A DNA stretch of 64,000 nucleotides from the human T2T-CHM13v2.0 reference genome, Homo sapiens. Under the pieces are notes generated by a model. That model made no database searches. It was not told the origin of the DNA and worked only from the letters and a program-made list of their open reading frames with translations. Position 1 is the first letter of the stretch, and every line of letters begins with the position of its first letter. Below are positions 52,109-64,000 of this stretch, in pieces. Both the position numbers and the translations under genes were made by a program. The stretch lies in assembly GCF_009914755.1 (NCBI RefSeq), contig NC_060932.1; one strand, 5' to 3'.

Positions 52109-53790
52109 AAAGACATAATACCAATTCTACATAAACTCTTCCAGAAATTTAAAGAAAAAGGAACATTTCTCAACTAATTTTGTGAAGCTATTATTACTCT
52201 TATTCTAAATAAGACAGACATTAAAAGAAATTCATAGACCAATACATCTCATTAGCATAGATATAAAAGTTCTAACCACAATGTCAGCAAATCATGTCCA
52301 ACATATGTGAGACTGAAGAAATACCATGACCAAATGGGGTTTATCCAAAAAATGCAAGACTGGTTTAACATTTGAAAAACAAACAGTGTAATTAGCAAAC
52401 TAAAAGAGTGAAAATAAATAATCATCTCAAAAAATAGCGAAAACACATTTGACAAAATCTACTTTTATAAGAACACTTAGTAGAAGAAAATTTCCTTATG
52501 ATAAAGATTGCTAATAAAACCTGCAGCTAACATCATACTTAATAGTGAAAGATTGAATGTTTTCCTTCTAAAATTGGGAATACAGCAAAGGTTGTTCATT
52601 CTCACCACTTCTATTCAACATTGTATTAGATGTTCTAGTACTACAATAAGGAAACAAAAAGAAATAGAAGGCATCCAGATAGAAAAGAAAAATATGAAAC
52701 TCCTTTATCTTATAGAGGACATGATGATGCATATAAAATCTGGTGGGATGTACAATAAAGCTATTTGACCTAATAAATATATCTATTACGTTTGCAAGAT
52801 ACAATAACAATACAGGGAAATTAATTGTACTTCTATATGCTACCAATAAACAATTGAAAATTGATACCATAATATTCACAATTGCATTAAAAATATGAAA
52901 TGTTTGGGGATAAAACTGATAAAGATGCGAAAAACTTCTGCACTGACAGGAATAAAGCATTGCTGAGGAAAAATTACAGAAGACCTAAGTAAATTAAAAG
53001 TCATACTGTGTACTTGAATTTGAATGTTCCATGTTATTATCTATTATTTCCAAATTGATCTATAGATTAAATGTAATCTCTATCAAAATATATTTTTAAA
53101 AATTTATTTGGAAAGTTAAATGATATAGAATATTGAAAGCAACTTTGAAAAGAAGAACAATATTTAAGAGCTAGCATATCAAGACTTACTTTATTAATCA
53201 AGGGAGTGTGATATTAGTATAAAGATTGACATATGGAACATTGGAGCAGAAAAAAATAATAATTCAGGAAAAGACCCAGATATCTATGCAAAACTAATTT
53301 TCAAGAAAAATTCCAGGCTATTTAGTAGACAAAGATCAGTCTTTTCAACATACAGTGTGAGAAAAAATTGATATCCATATTCAAGAAAGCAAATACATAT
53401 CTCAAATCACACACAAAAACTAACTTAAAATGGATCATAGACAAAATTGCAAAGCAACACTATAAAACTGTAGTAACACAGGAGACAATCTTTTTGACCT
53501 TGAATTAGTCAAATATTTCTGGGATATGATACCAAAAACAAAGTTTATTTAAAAAGTTGGACTTTATAATGTTTTAAAAAATTTCTATGAAATTTACTCT
53601 TAAGAAAATGAAAAAAAAAAAAAAACAACAAGCCAGAGACTGGAAGAAAATATTTGTAAATCATAAGTCTAATGAAATACTTTTATCTGGAATATAAAAA
53701 GGACTCAAACTTAATAATAAGAACCCTCTCCCCACACACACAAGGGGTGAAAGATTTGAATAACTACCTCAGAGAAATGTAAACTTAAGC

Positions 53791-54125
53791 TGGCTCTGGG
53801 TCCCCACCCAGATATCATGGAAACTGGTGGGAGGTGATTGGATCATGGGGGTAGATTTCCCTTTTGCTGTTCTCGTTACAGTGAGTGAGTTCTCAGGAAA
53901 CCTTGTTGTTTAAAAGCATGTATTTCCCCTTCCACTTTCTGCTGCTCCACCACGTGAAGATTGTGACTCTTTTCCCTTCAACTTCTGCTATGATTGTAAG
54001 TTTCCTGAGGCCTCCCCAGCCATGCCCTCTGTACAGCCTGTGAAACTGTGAGTCAATTAAACTTCTTTTCTCCATAAATTACCCAGTCTCAGGTATTTCC
54101 TTATTTGTGAGAACAGACAAATACA
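53791..54125 (+). mobile_element. MSTA-like LTR, partly deleted
   Basis: CTGGTGGGAGGTGATTGGATCATGGGGG...CTGTACAGCCTGTGAAACTGTGAGTCAATTAAAC...AATACA. Confidence 0.85.
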
Positions 54126-54561
54126 TTTACCTATCAGAATAGCTAAAATTGAAAAGAAAAATCATTCAACTGTTAGGAGCAACTGGAACTTTCATACACT
54201 TCTAATAGACATTTAACGTGATACAGTCGCTTTGGAAAAGAATTTGGCAATTTTGTTTGTTTGTTTTAAACTTAAACATATACCGACTATATAATTCAAC
54301 CATTCAACTCCTAGAGGTTACCCAAAAGAAATTAAAGTATACTTACCTATAAAGACTTATACATGAATGTTCATAGTAGCTTTATTTGTATTAGTCAAAA
54401 TGGGAAACAACCCAAATTTCCTTCACCAGCTGAATAGTTAAACAAACCGTAGCATATGCATACAATGGAATGAATGCTATTCATCAATAAAAAGAAATGG
54501 GTTATTGGTACATGCTACAAAAGGTATGACATTCAAAATACTTATGCTTAGTTAAAGAAGA

Positions 54562-54912
54562 TGTCTTAGTCTGTGTTCACGCTGCTGATAAAGACATACC
54601 TGAGACTGGGCAATTTACAAAAGAAAGAGGTTTAATAACTTACAGTTCCACATGGCTGGGGAGGCCTCACAATCATGGTGGAAGACAAGGAGAAGCAAGT
54701 CACATCTTACATGCTATGATGGTGGCAGGCAAAAAAACAGAGATTGGGCAGGAAATTTCCCCTTATAATAATCCTGTGAGACTTATTCACTATCATGGGA
54801 ACAGCACAGGAAAGACCTGCCTCCATTATTAAATTACCTCTCATCGGGTCCCTCCCATAACACAGGGGAATTCAAGATGAGACTTGGGTGGAGACACAGC
54901 CAAACCAAATCA
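54562..54912 (-). mobile_element. THE1B-like solo LTR
   Basis: GCTGCTGATAAAGACATACCTGAGACTGGG...GAGACACAGCCAAACCAAATCA. Confidence 0.9.
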
Positions 54913-56296
54913 GAATCCGTACCTCCTACTCCTCAAAAAAGAGCTGATTCTGCATTATTTCGTTTATATAAAATTTAGGAAAATCAAACATATATAGTGA
55001 CATAAAGCAGATCAATCGTATGTTGAAAGAAGCTGAGAGGAGAAATTGGAGATAAGAATTAGAGAGGAGCATATGTAAACTTTTGTGAGTGGTGGATATA
55101 TTAACTTTCTTCATTTTAGTTATGATTTTACAGTTGTATACATATACCAAAGTGTATCAAATTCTACACTTTACATATGTGCAGCTTATCATATTCCAAT
55201 TATACCTCAACAAAGCTGTTCAATGAAGAATACTTTTAGAGCAGTAATGGGGAAGAGGAGCCTAGACTTAGTGGTATACTTAACAGATGTTTTCCCTCCA
55301 AAATTGGAAACAAGATTATTTTCTCAAAGTGTAGAGAAAAGGTAGATGGATTTCAGAAGTTCAAAGTAAGCTAAGAAGGTTTAAAACAGTTGTTCTGAAG
55401 AGGAGAAGACTAATTGACCAGAAAAACAAAACAGAACAACATCAAAAATTGCCAATTAATGAAATCTTAATTATTCTGGGACACAAAAAATGAATAAAAT
55501 ATAGTCCTAAACTCTCAGAAACATCACAACTCATGGTACACAGGCAGTACTTTCTTCTGTTTAGAAGACTGAACAATTCTGTAATGCCTTTTACAGTGTT
55601 CATTTATTTTCAAAGCAATGAGCTTCAAAATACTTTATTAACAAACAGATATAAATGCTACCTTTTTTCCATACTGTATATGAACATTGTGCCATGTCGT
55701 GAAATATTCTTTTAATCCAGTCAATTATTTGTGAAGTATACTCACCTAAGGCCCACATATGGGCACTGGAGTTCATTTGGACAGGAGGAAAGAGTTTCTT
55801 TGTTGTTGGTGTACTTAATGATTGAGAGGGATTTTCTCAGTGATCAGGGAGCACCTGGTCCATTTGCAGCTTAACAATGTATCAATCCCAGGAGCAGAGG
55901 TGGAGCTGTGCTGCTCTCCACCTGGATGTATCCATTGGTTCCCCTCGGCATGGTCACTTCACATTAACCCTGCCATCAAACATAGCTCTGTACTGCTGGG
56001 CACACAAAGCCCACTGCCAGGACCACCTGGGATCCTGCAAGACAGATGGATTTGGCAAGTAACCTTGAAAGAAAATATTTCCAGATGACTAACATGTAAC
56101 ATCCCAGGGTGCTTCAGAAATTATGTGCAGATAGGATAATAAGAAATTTTATTCTCCATGTTGGAAGAAGGTTCACAGTCCTATGTCCATAATCCTGTAG
56201 TCATCTCTTATTTAAATTTAAGTAACCCCCAAAAGTGCTGATCCAAAGATGACTTAAATATTTCTAATGTCTTCATGAGACCTGAAGTAACAGTTC

Positions 56297-58555
56297 TGAC
56301 ATGGTTTGGCTGTGTCCCCATCCAAATCTCATATTGAATTGTAGCTCCCATAATCCCATGTGTCATGGGAGGGACCCAGTGGAATACAATTGCGTCATGG
56401 GGGCGATTACCCCCATGCTGTTCTCCTGATAGTGAGTTCTCACAAGATCTGATGGTTATATAAGGGGCTCTTCCCCATTTGCTCGGCACTTCTCCTTACT
56501 TCCACCATGTGAAGAAGGACATGTTTGCTTCCCCTTCTGCCATGATTGTAAGTTTCCTTAGGGTTCCCCAGCCCTGTGGAACTGTGAGTCAGTTGAACCT
56601 TTTTGCTTTATAAATTACCCAGTTTCAGGCAGTTCTTTAGATCAGCAGGAAAATGGACTAATACAGTACATTGATATTGCAGACAGTGGGGTGCTGCTGT
56701 AAAGATACACAAAAATCTGAAAGCAACTTTGGAAGTGGATAACAAGCAGAGATGGGAACAGTTAGGAAGACTCAGAAGAAGACAGAAAAATGTGGGAAAG
56801 TTTGAAACTTCCCAGAGACTTGTTGAATGACTTTGACCAAAATGCTGATAGTGATATGGACAATGAAGTCCCAGTTGAGGCAGTCTCAGATGGAGATGAG
56901 GAACCTTTGGGGAAATGGAGGAAATATCACTCTTGTTATTCTTTAGCAAAGAGACTGGCAGCATTTTATCCCTGCCAGGGGCAAAGATCTGTAGAACTTT
57001 GAACCTGAGAGCGATGATTTAGGGTATCTGGCAGATGACATTTCTAAGCAGCAAGAAGTTCAAGAGAAAGCAGAGCATAAAAGTTTGGAAAATTTGCAGC
57101 CTGATGATGCTAGAGAAAAGAAAATCCTATTTTCTGTAGAAAAATTCAAGCTTGCTGTAGAAATTTGCATAAGTAACAAGGAGCCCAATGTTAAACACAA
57201 ATACAAAAGGGAAAATGTCTCCAGGGCATATCAGAGACCTTTGTGGAAGCCCCTCCCATCACAGACCTGAGTCCTAGGAGGAAAAAATGGTTACATGGGC
57301 CAGGCCCAGGGCCTTGCTGCTTTGTGTATTCTCAGGACTTGATGCCCTGCATCCCAGCTGCGGCTAAAAGGGGTCAATATACAGCTCAGCTCATTGCTTT
57401 AGAGTGTGCAAGCCCCAACCCTTGGTGGCTTACATGTGGTACTGGGCCTGCAGGTGCACAGAAGTCAAGAATTGAGGTTTAGGAGCCTCTGCCTAGATTT
57501 CAGAGGATGCATAGAAATGCCTGGATGTCCAGGAAGAAGTTTGCTGCAGGGGCAAAGTCCTCATGGAGAATCTCTACTAGGGCAGTGAGGTTGGGAAGTG
57601 TGGAATTGAAGCCCCCACACAGAGTCCCCACTGGAGCACTGCTTAGTGGAGCTGTGAGAAGAGTGCCAGCATTCTCCAGCCCCCAGAATGGAAGATCCAC
57701 CAACAGTTTGCACCATGCACCTGAAAAGACACTCAACACCAGCCCATGAAAGCAGCTGGGAATGTGGCTGTATCCTGCAAAGCCACAGAGGCATAGCTGC
57801 CAAAGGCTGTGGAAGCCCACTTCTTGAATTAGTGTGATTTGGATGTGAGACATGGAGTCAAAGGAGATCATTTTGGAACTTTAAGGTTTAATGACTGCCC
57901 TGTTGGACTCTGAACTTGCATGGGGCCTATAACTGCTTGGTTTTGGCCAATTTCTCCCATTTGGAATGGGTGTATTTACCCAGTGTCTGTACTCCCACTG
58001 TATCTAGGAAGTAAGTAACTGGCTTTTGTTTTTGCAGGCTTATAGGTGGAAGGAACTTGCCTGGTCTCAGATGAGACTTTGGACTTGAGATTTTGAGTTA
58101 AGATTTTGGGGGAGTGTTGGAAAGGCATAATTTTGCTTTAAAATGTGAGGACATGAGATTTGGGAGGTGCCTGAGGTGGAATGATATGGAGTAGCTCTGT
58201 TCTCACCCAAATCTCATCTTGAATTGTAGTTCCCATAATCCCCATGTGTCGTGGAAGGGACCCAGTGGGAGATAATTGAATCATGGGGGCAGTTACCCTC
58301 ATGCTATTCTTGTGATAGTGACTAAGTTCTCATGAGATCTGATGGTTTTATAAAGGTCATTTTCCACCTTGCTCAGCACTTCTCCTTCCTGCCGCCATGT
58401 GAAGAAGAATGTGTTTGCTTCCCCTTCTGCCATAATTGTAAGTTTCTTGAGGCCTCCCCAGCCCTATGGAATTGTGAGTCAGTTAAACTCCTTTACTTTG
58501 TAAATTACCCAGTCTTGAGCAGTTTTTTATAGTAGCATGAGAACTGACTAATACA
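56297..58555 (+). mobile_element. Full-length THE1D-like MaLR: 5' LTR 56297-56665, internal 56666-58181, 3' LTR 58182-58555
   Basis: Two direct LTRs around about 1.5 kb of THE1-int (CTCAGAAGAAGACAG..TGTGGGAAAGTTTG; purine tract before the 3' LTR); TSD is degenerate. Confidence 0.93.
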
Positions 58556-58828
58556 TGTTTCATTGAGGAAACTCATAATGTATCAGCATTTCTTCTTAGG
58601 AATCTACCTTCCTGAAGAGAGCAGGGGCACTATCTTTGGTATCTGTTCAGTCTTTTTTCAGTGCCCTATTCTCTGGAGTCCATTCTTCCTCCTCAGGCCC
58701 TGAGTGCTTTCAATCTGCTGCAGGTCCCCAGCATAGCACTGTAAATTCTACTCTCCATTTCTTACATCATCTTCATTTTTTGAAATGGAGTTTGACATGG
58801 CAAAAGAGAAGCTTTCCCCTCTCCTTCA

Positions 58829-59288
<460 letters not shown>

Positions 59289-60768
59289 CTACTGTCCCAA
59301 CAATCTACACAAAAACAACTGCTACTAGTCCCCAAAGGCTCTACAAACATTTTTTTTTAAAAGGAATCAGGTATTCTATATGTGAATCATTTATAATATC
59401 ATATCTAATTTTAGTGCCTACAAACCAGTCATCCAATAATCTAATGTTAATTGAGGTTTCCTTTACAATAAATCTTGTTCATTATGTAGTAATAACTTTG
59501 AGCCCTGGTGCCCCATATTCCAATACTAGGTAGGGAAAATCTTGCTTTTTGTTTTTAATGAGATTTTCACTTCTTTCTTTTTAATGTTTTATATTTTAAT
59601 CACATAATCTATTTTAAGAAAAGCAATTATAAATATATGCCTTAGAGTAGGAGTAGTTTACATTTCTCATGTATTGTCTTATTTCACTCTTTTAAAACTT
59701 TGCAGCTCTTACCATTCCCATTTTACAGATTAAAAACAAAATCCCCAACAGACATTATTAATTGTGAACTGTATATCAGGAACTATATAAGACACAGAGA
59801 ATATCAAGATGATTCAATACATTTATGTAAATCAATTTACTTCATAGCAGATTCAGGAATAAACTCTGAATACTCTGATGGTAATTATTATTTAACATAC
59901 AATATACTAGTAGCTTACACATACTTATAAATATGTATGTCTACTCATGTATTAATAACTAAGCATCACAGACGATTATGCAAGGTTTTATACATAGGAT
60001 ATGCTCTATGTTTGTTTATTATTCTTTTACTAAAATAGAGTGAAGTTATCCTTAATAGAGCTACATCTATTCAGTATCAGATTTAAATTGGGGAAACTAC
60101 AAAAAAGTCTGAGAAGTTCACTTAAGAATTTAATATTATCTGAGAATTCTTATGAGCTTCAGAACACTCATTTTTAGAGAACAAGAGCAGGAAAGGGAAT
60201 GCTAGAAATAAAGATTAGTGGTGCCATCATCAGACACCCATAGCTGAACAACAGATTTAAGAGCTCTCATGGCAGGAAGTCATCAAACCATTTTGGAAAT
60301 TAATCTCCCTTTTCTCATCATTATTGTGGGCCTACATGAGAAACATTGAGTGGTATCCCAGCTCCCCTGAGAAGGTATATGCAGGAAGCCTTGGGGGCGT
60401 AACAATATCAGGACTTGGAGTCAGGAGCCGCCAGCTTGTAACTGAAGCTCTCCAAACCTCACTTACCAAACTTGCAAAGTGGAGATAAATTTTAGCTAAT
60501 TTTCAAGGCAATGGTGAAAATCAAAAGACAAAAGTAAAAGTATAATGCACTGTAGAGTTATTCAGTAAAATCATTTTTTCTTCCTGCTTTGGACACAAAA
60601 TTTTTAAAAGACTGCTAAAAATTATATTTCTGTAGCTTAAATAGTAATACATTAACTAACTCAATGAATAGTAATCAAGTATTTTCCGATATCTGAAGGA
60701 GTTGTTCATGGAACTTTTGAGCAATCCTTGGTTTTTGACGTCTGGGGCAGAAAAGAGAGTTCTATATA

Positions 60769-61157
60769 TGTATGAGACTGTTAGTGTTGCCATAACAAAA
60801 TAAAACAGACTGCGTGGCTTAAACAACAGACATTTATTCCTCACTGTCCTAGAGGCTAGAAGTCCAAGATCAAGGTCCAGCAGATTGGGTTAGGGTGAGG
60901 GCTGTCCTCCTGTCTTAGAGACAGCCACGTATTTGCTGTGTCCTCCACAAAGCCTTTCTTCTGTGTGTATGCAGTTAGAGCTCTAGCGTTCTTCCTCTTC
61001 TTGTAAGGACACCAATCCTATTGAACTGGAATCTCACCCTTATTACTTCATCCAACTTTAATTACCTCTTTAAAAAGTCCCTATCTCTAAATATAGTCAC
61101 ATTGGTAGTTCGGGCTTCAGCATATGGAATTTGGGGCACACAATTCAGTCCATAGCT
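60769..61157 (-). mobile_element. MLT1A-like LTR
   Basis: GCCATAACAAAATAAAACAGACTGCGTGGCTTAAACAACAGACATTTATT...CAATTCAGTCCATAGC; TSD ATATA/ATATG. Confidence 0.85.
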
Positions 61158-61199
61158 ATATGTATCAAAAGGAGAGAGAGAAAAGGTATCTCACAAGAA

Positions 61200-61420
61200 A
61201 CTCTAAGACTTGGGATTTGCACAGACCAAAATCTCAATTCCTCTGTTCTTATTTACTCTCAGTGAGACTTGAAAAATCAGTTAGTGTCCCTGAACCTCAG
61301 TTTCCACAATTGCAAAACTGGCATTGTGAGAACTATTTTAGAATTTTGTTGTCAAAATTAATAATATGCCACACACAAATTATTTTGCAAGTAATAGGTG
61401 CTCAATGACTATAAATTATC
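61200..61420 (+). mobile_element. MIR SINE
   Basis: CCTGAACCTCAGTTTCCACAATTGCAAAA MIR core and TAGGTGCTCAAT end. Confidence 0.75.
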
Positions 61421-62949
61421 TTCTGGAGCACAATTTTATAGGGCATAATCACCTTTTAAAATGTCCATTTCTATGTCATGTGCATTATATTTCACATTTC
61501 AGTACTTGATTTTATTCTCAAAGTAGAATAAGGAGGAGTTGAGTTTCTTAATTACAATAAGATGTCTGAGCACATGTCTGGAGCCATAAACTACATTTAA
61601 AAGATAAGTTCTATCAGCAAAGGGCAGAAAATTTTACTCTTTGGGTATGTACTCAAAAAAATTATGTTCATTACAACCTAAGATGTTAATTGTGTTCTTC
61701 ATGGCACAACACTGGTATTTTTGCCAAGTAGCAGATAGCAGAGATGACTTCTATTAACTTGGATGGAGTATTATAGACTTCTTTCCTGTGTTCTTGTCAC
61801 ATCATTTTTTGTTCATTCCCATGGCCATGAAATTGACTAAAATTCTCATGGTCAAGACTGAGTTGTTAATTTTAAAGAACAAAGAGCAGTTGAAATGACT
61901 ACCCTTCTAAATCCAAAGCTGACATATAGCCTTAAAGTTAACCTTTCATTAATGATTTGAAAGAAAATCTACAAATAGTACAAGGAAAGATGCGCAGGAT
62001 AGGTGGTGGTAGTAGAAGGGGGCCCCGTGGCTTAAGTAAAGTTAAAAGTGAAAGGCAAAGATGTGGGACATAAAAAAGAAATGATAAAGGTCTTAAATGG
62101 TAACCCTCTGTACTTTAGATTATTGAAAGCATTTGTGGTTTTATCTGCAGGCTCACTCCCGCCCTACCTCATTTCAAGATCATCATATAGTTGTTCTGAG
62201 TCTATTCGGACAGGTTTATTGTTGTGTTTATTCTGTTCGATCGAAATCATAATAAAATTGACAGCTGTGCTATTACCCTGTCAGTCCACCAGTCAATGTG
62301 CAGATCACAGTGAATGCAGATGGACAGAGACGGTTCCTCCCACGGAGAGGGTTGTGGTCCACCCTCCTCCATTAGCCACATTCTAGACCAACACTGCTGT
62401 GATTATGGGGTCAGTCCAGGAGTGTATATTAACTCTTCTTGCTTTTATTTTTGCACAATCTCCCCCATTCTTTTCTCTACAAAGAACAGAATAGTCTTTT
62501 AAAAACATTGTATTCAATTTTCCAGTAAACACGTTATTTAATGTTGTAACAACTCTAAAATGCACCTTACAGTCAGTATCAAATATACACAACTTTTTGG
62601 CTTAAATTTCTATTTATTTAGAATAAAAGCCAAACTTTGGGATCAGAAAGCACCCAATGGTTCTCCTCTTAGCCTCATCACGCACTACCCTCCCTTTTGC
62701 TGTCCTGGCCTTAGCCACACTGGGTGTCTCCCTTTCCTCCCTAATGACTCTGCACTGAAAATTCCATGTTTAGAAAGGTCTTTCCCCAAATCTTCCAATG
62801 ATTTGATTCTTCTAATCATTCCCATCTTAGCTGAAATGCTACCCCTTCAGACAGGCCTTCCCTAACCTCAAGCATTAGGGAAAAAAAACCACACGTGATT
62901 GCTACCAAACAAGCGGTGATTTGTTTTGTAGCAATCACAGCACGTGTGT

Positions 62950-63510
62950 ATTTTTTCTACTAATTGAGGTACAGTTCACATACCATAACATTAACCATGT
63001 TATGGTACAAAATTCAGCAGTATTTAGTAAATTCACAATGTTCTATAATCACCACCTCTATCAAGTGCCAAAATATTTCCACTGCTCCAAAAGAAAATTC
63101 CATTACCAATTAAGCAGTCACTCCCCATTCTCTGCTGTACCAGCCCCTAGCAACCAGAACTCTGCTTTCTGCCTTTATAAATTGATCTGTTCTCAATATT
63201 TCATAAAAATTTAATCACACAATATATAAAGTTTTGCCTCTGCCTGCTTTCACTGAGCATAATGTTTCAAGATTCATTCATGCTGTAGCATTTATCAATA
63301 TTGCATTCTTCTTATGTCCAGATGATATTTAATTATATGGATATAACACATTGTATTTACCCATTCATCTCATGGGCATTTGGTAATGTCTACACTTTTG
63401 GATATTGTTAACAGCGTTGCCATGAATATTCATGTACAAGTATTTGTTTGAGTACCTGCTTTGCGTTCTTCATGAACATATTGGAAGAGTGAAATTGTTG
63501 GACATAGTGC
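62950..63510 (-). mobile_element. L1MB-like 3' end inserted in an L2
   Basis: TAATTGAGGTACAGTTCACATACCATAA...TAAGCAGTCACTCCCCATTC; L2 sequence resumes at about 63535. Confidence 0.8.
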
Positions 63511-63651
63511 GCTCTTTTAATTTTTTTTTCTTATTAGAATGTAAGCTTCTAGGCATAGGGGACTTGGCTTTTACTTTCACTATCTGTCACACATAATAGG
63601 CATGGACTCAATTAATATTTGTAGAATGAATTAATTAACTTAAAAATTGTT

Positions 63652-63950
63652 GGTCAGGCATGGTTGCTTATGCCTTTAATCCCAGCACTTTGGGAGGTCA
63701 AGGCAGGAGGACGGCTTGAGCCCAGGAGTTCGAGACCAGCCTAGGCAACATGGCAAAACCACATCTCTACAAAAAATACAAAAACATAGCCGGGCACCGT
63801 GGCACATGCGTTTAGTCCCAGATACTCAGGAGGCTGAGGTGGGAGGATTACTTGAGCCTGGGAGGTCGAGGTTGCAGTGAGCTGTGATTGCATCACTACA
63901 CTCCCATCTGGGTGACAGAATGAGACCTTGTCTCAAAAAGGAAAAAAGAA
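63652..63950 (+). mobile_element. AluJb-like
   Basis: GCTTGAGCCCAGGAGTTCGAG, GGTGGGAGGATTACTTGAGCC and GAGACCTTGTCTC J diagnostics; TSD TAAAA(A)TTGTT. Confidence 0.92.
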
Positions 63951-64000
63951 ATTCTCTAAAATTGTTCATAGAGCAATTTTCTTGATAAGAGTGACAGTTC

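Noticed and set aside
56608-57871. Cluster of overlapping ORFs in the THE1 internal region
   Set aside because: Frameshifted remnants of the known MaLR internal sequence, none longer than 123 aa.

Overview
Primate (most likely human) repeat-rich intergenic or intronic DNA. I can support no host protein-coding gene, RNA gene or CRISPR-like array. The window is a layered record of mobile elements: 14 Alus, L1PA/L1MA/L1MB/L1MC/L1ME pieces (one twin-primed), L2 and MIR, MaLR LTRs including a full-length THE1D element, nested MER4 LTRs, MER1A and MER58B DNA transposons, and a 3'-truncated LTR30/HERV30-type provirus. Subfamily names come from remembered consensus features and need Dfam/RepeatMasker confirmation. 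Two things stand out. (1) The provirus has a gag inactivated largely by Trp-to-stop G>A changes (APOBEC3G-like), while the upstream ~253-codon 'pre-gag' frame has no stops, one frameshift, and is bracketed exactly by a 13-bp direct repeat. (2) At 18.7-26.4 kb there is a cluster of local templated duplications and a 50-bp micro-inversion whose order of events can be read from the sequence.
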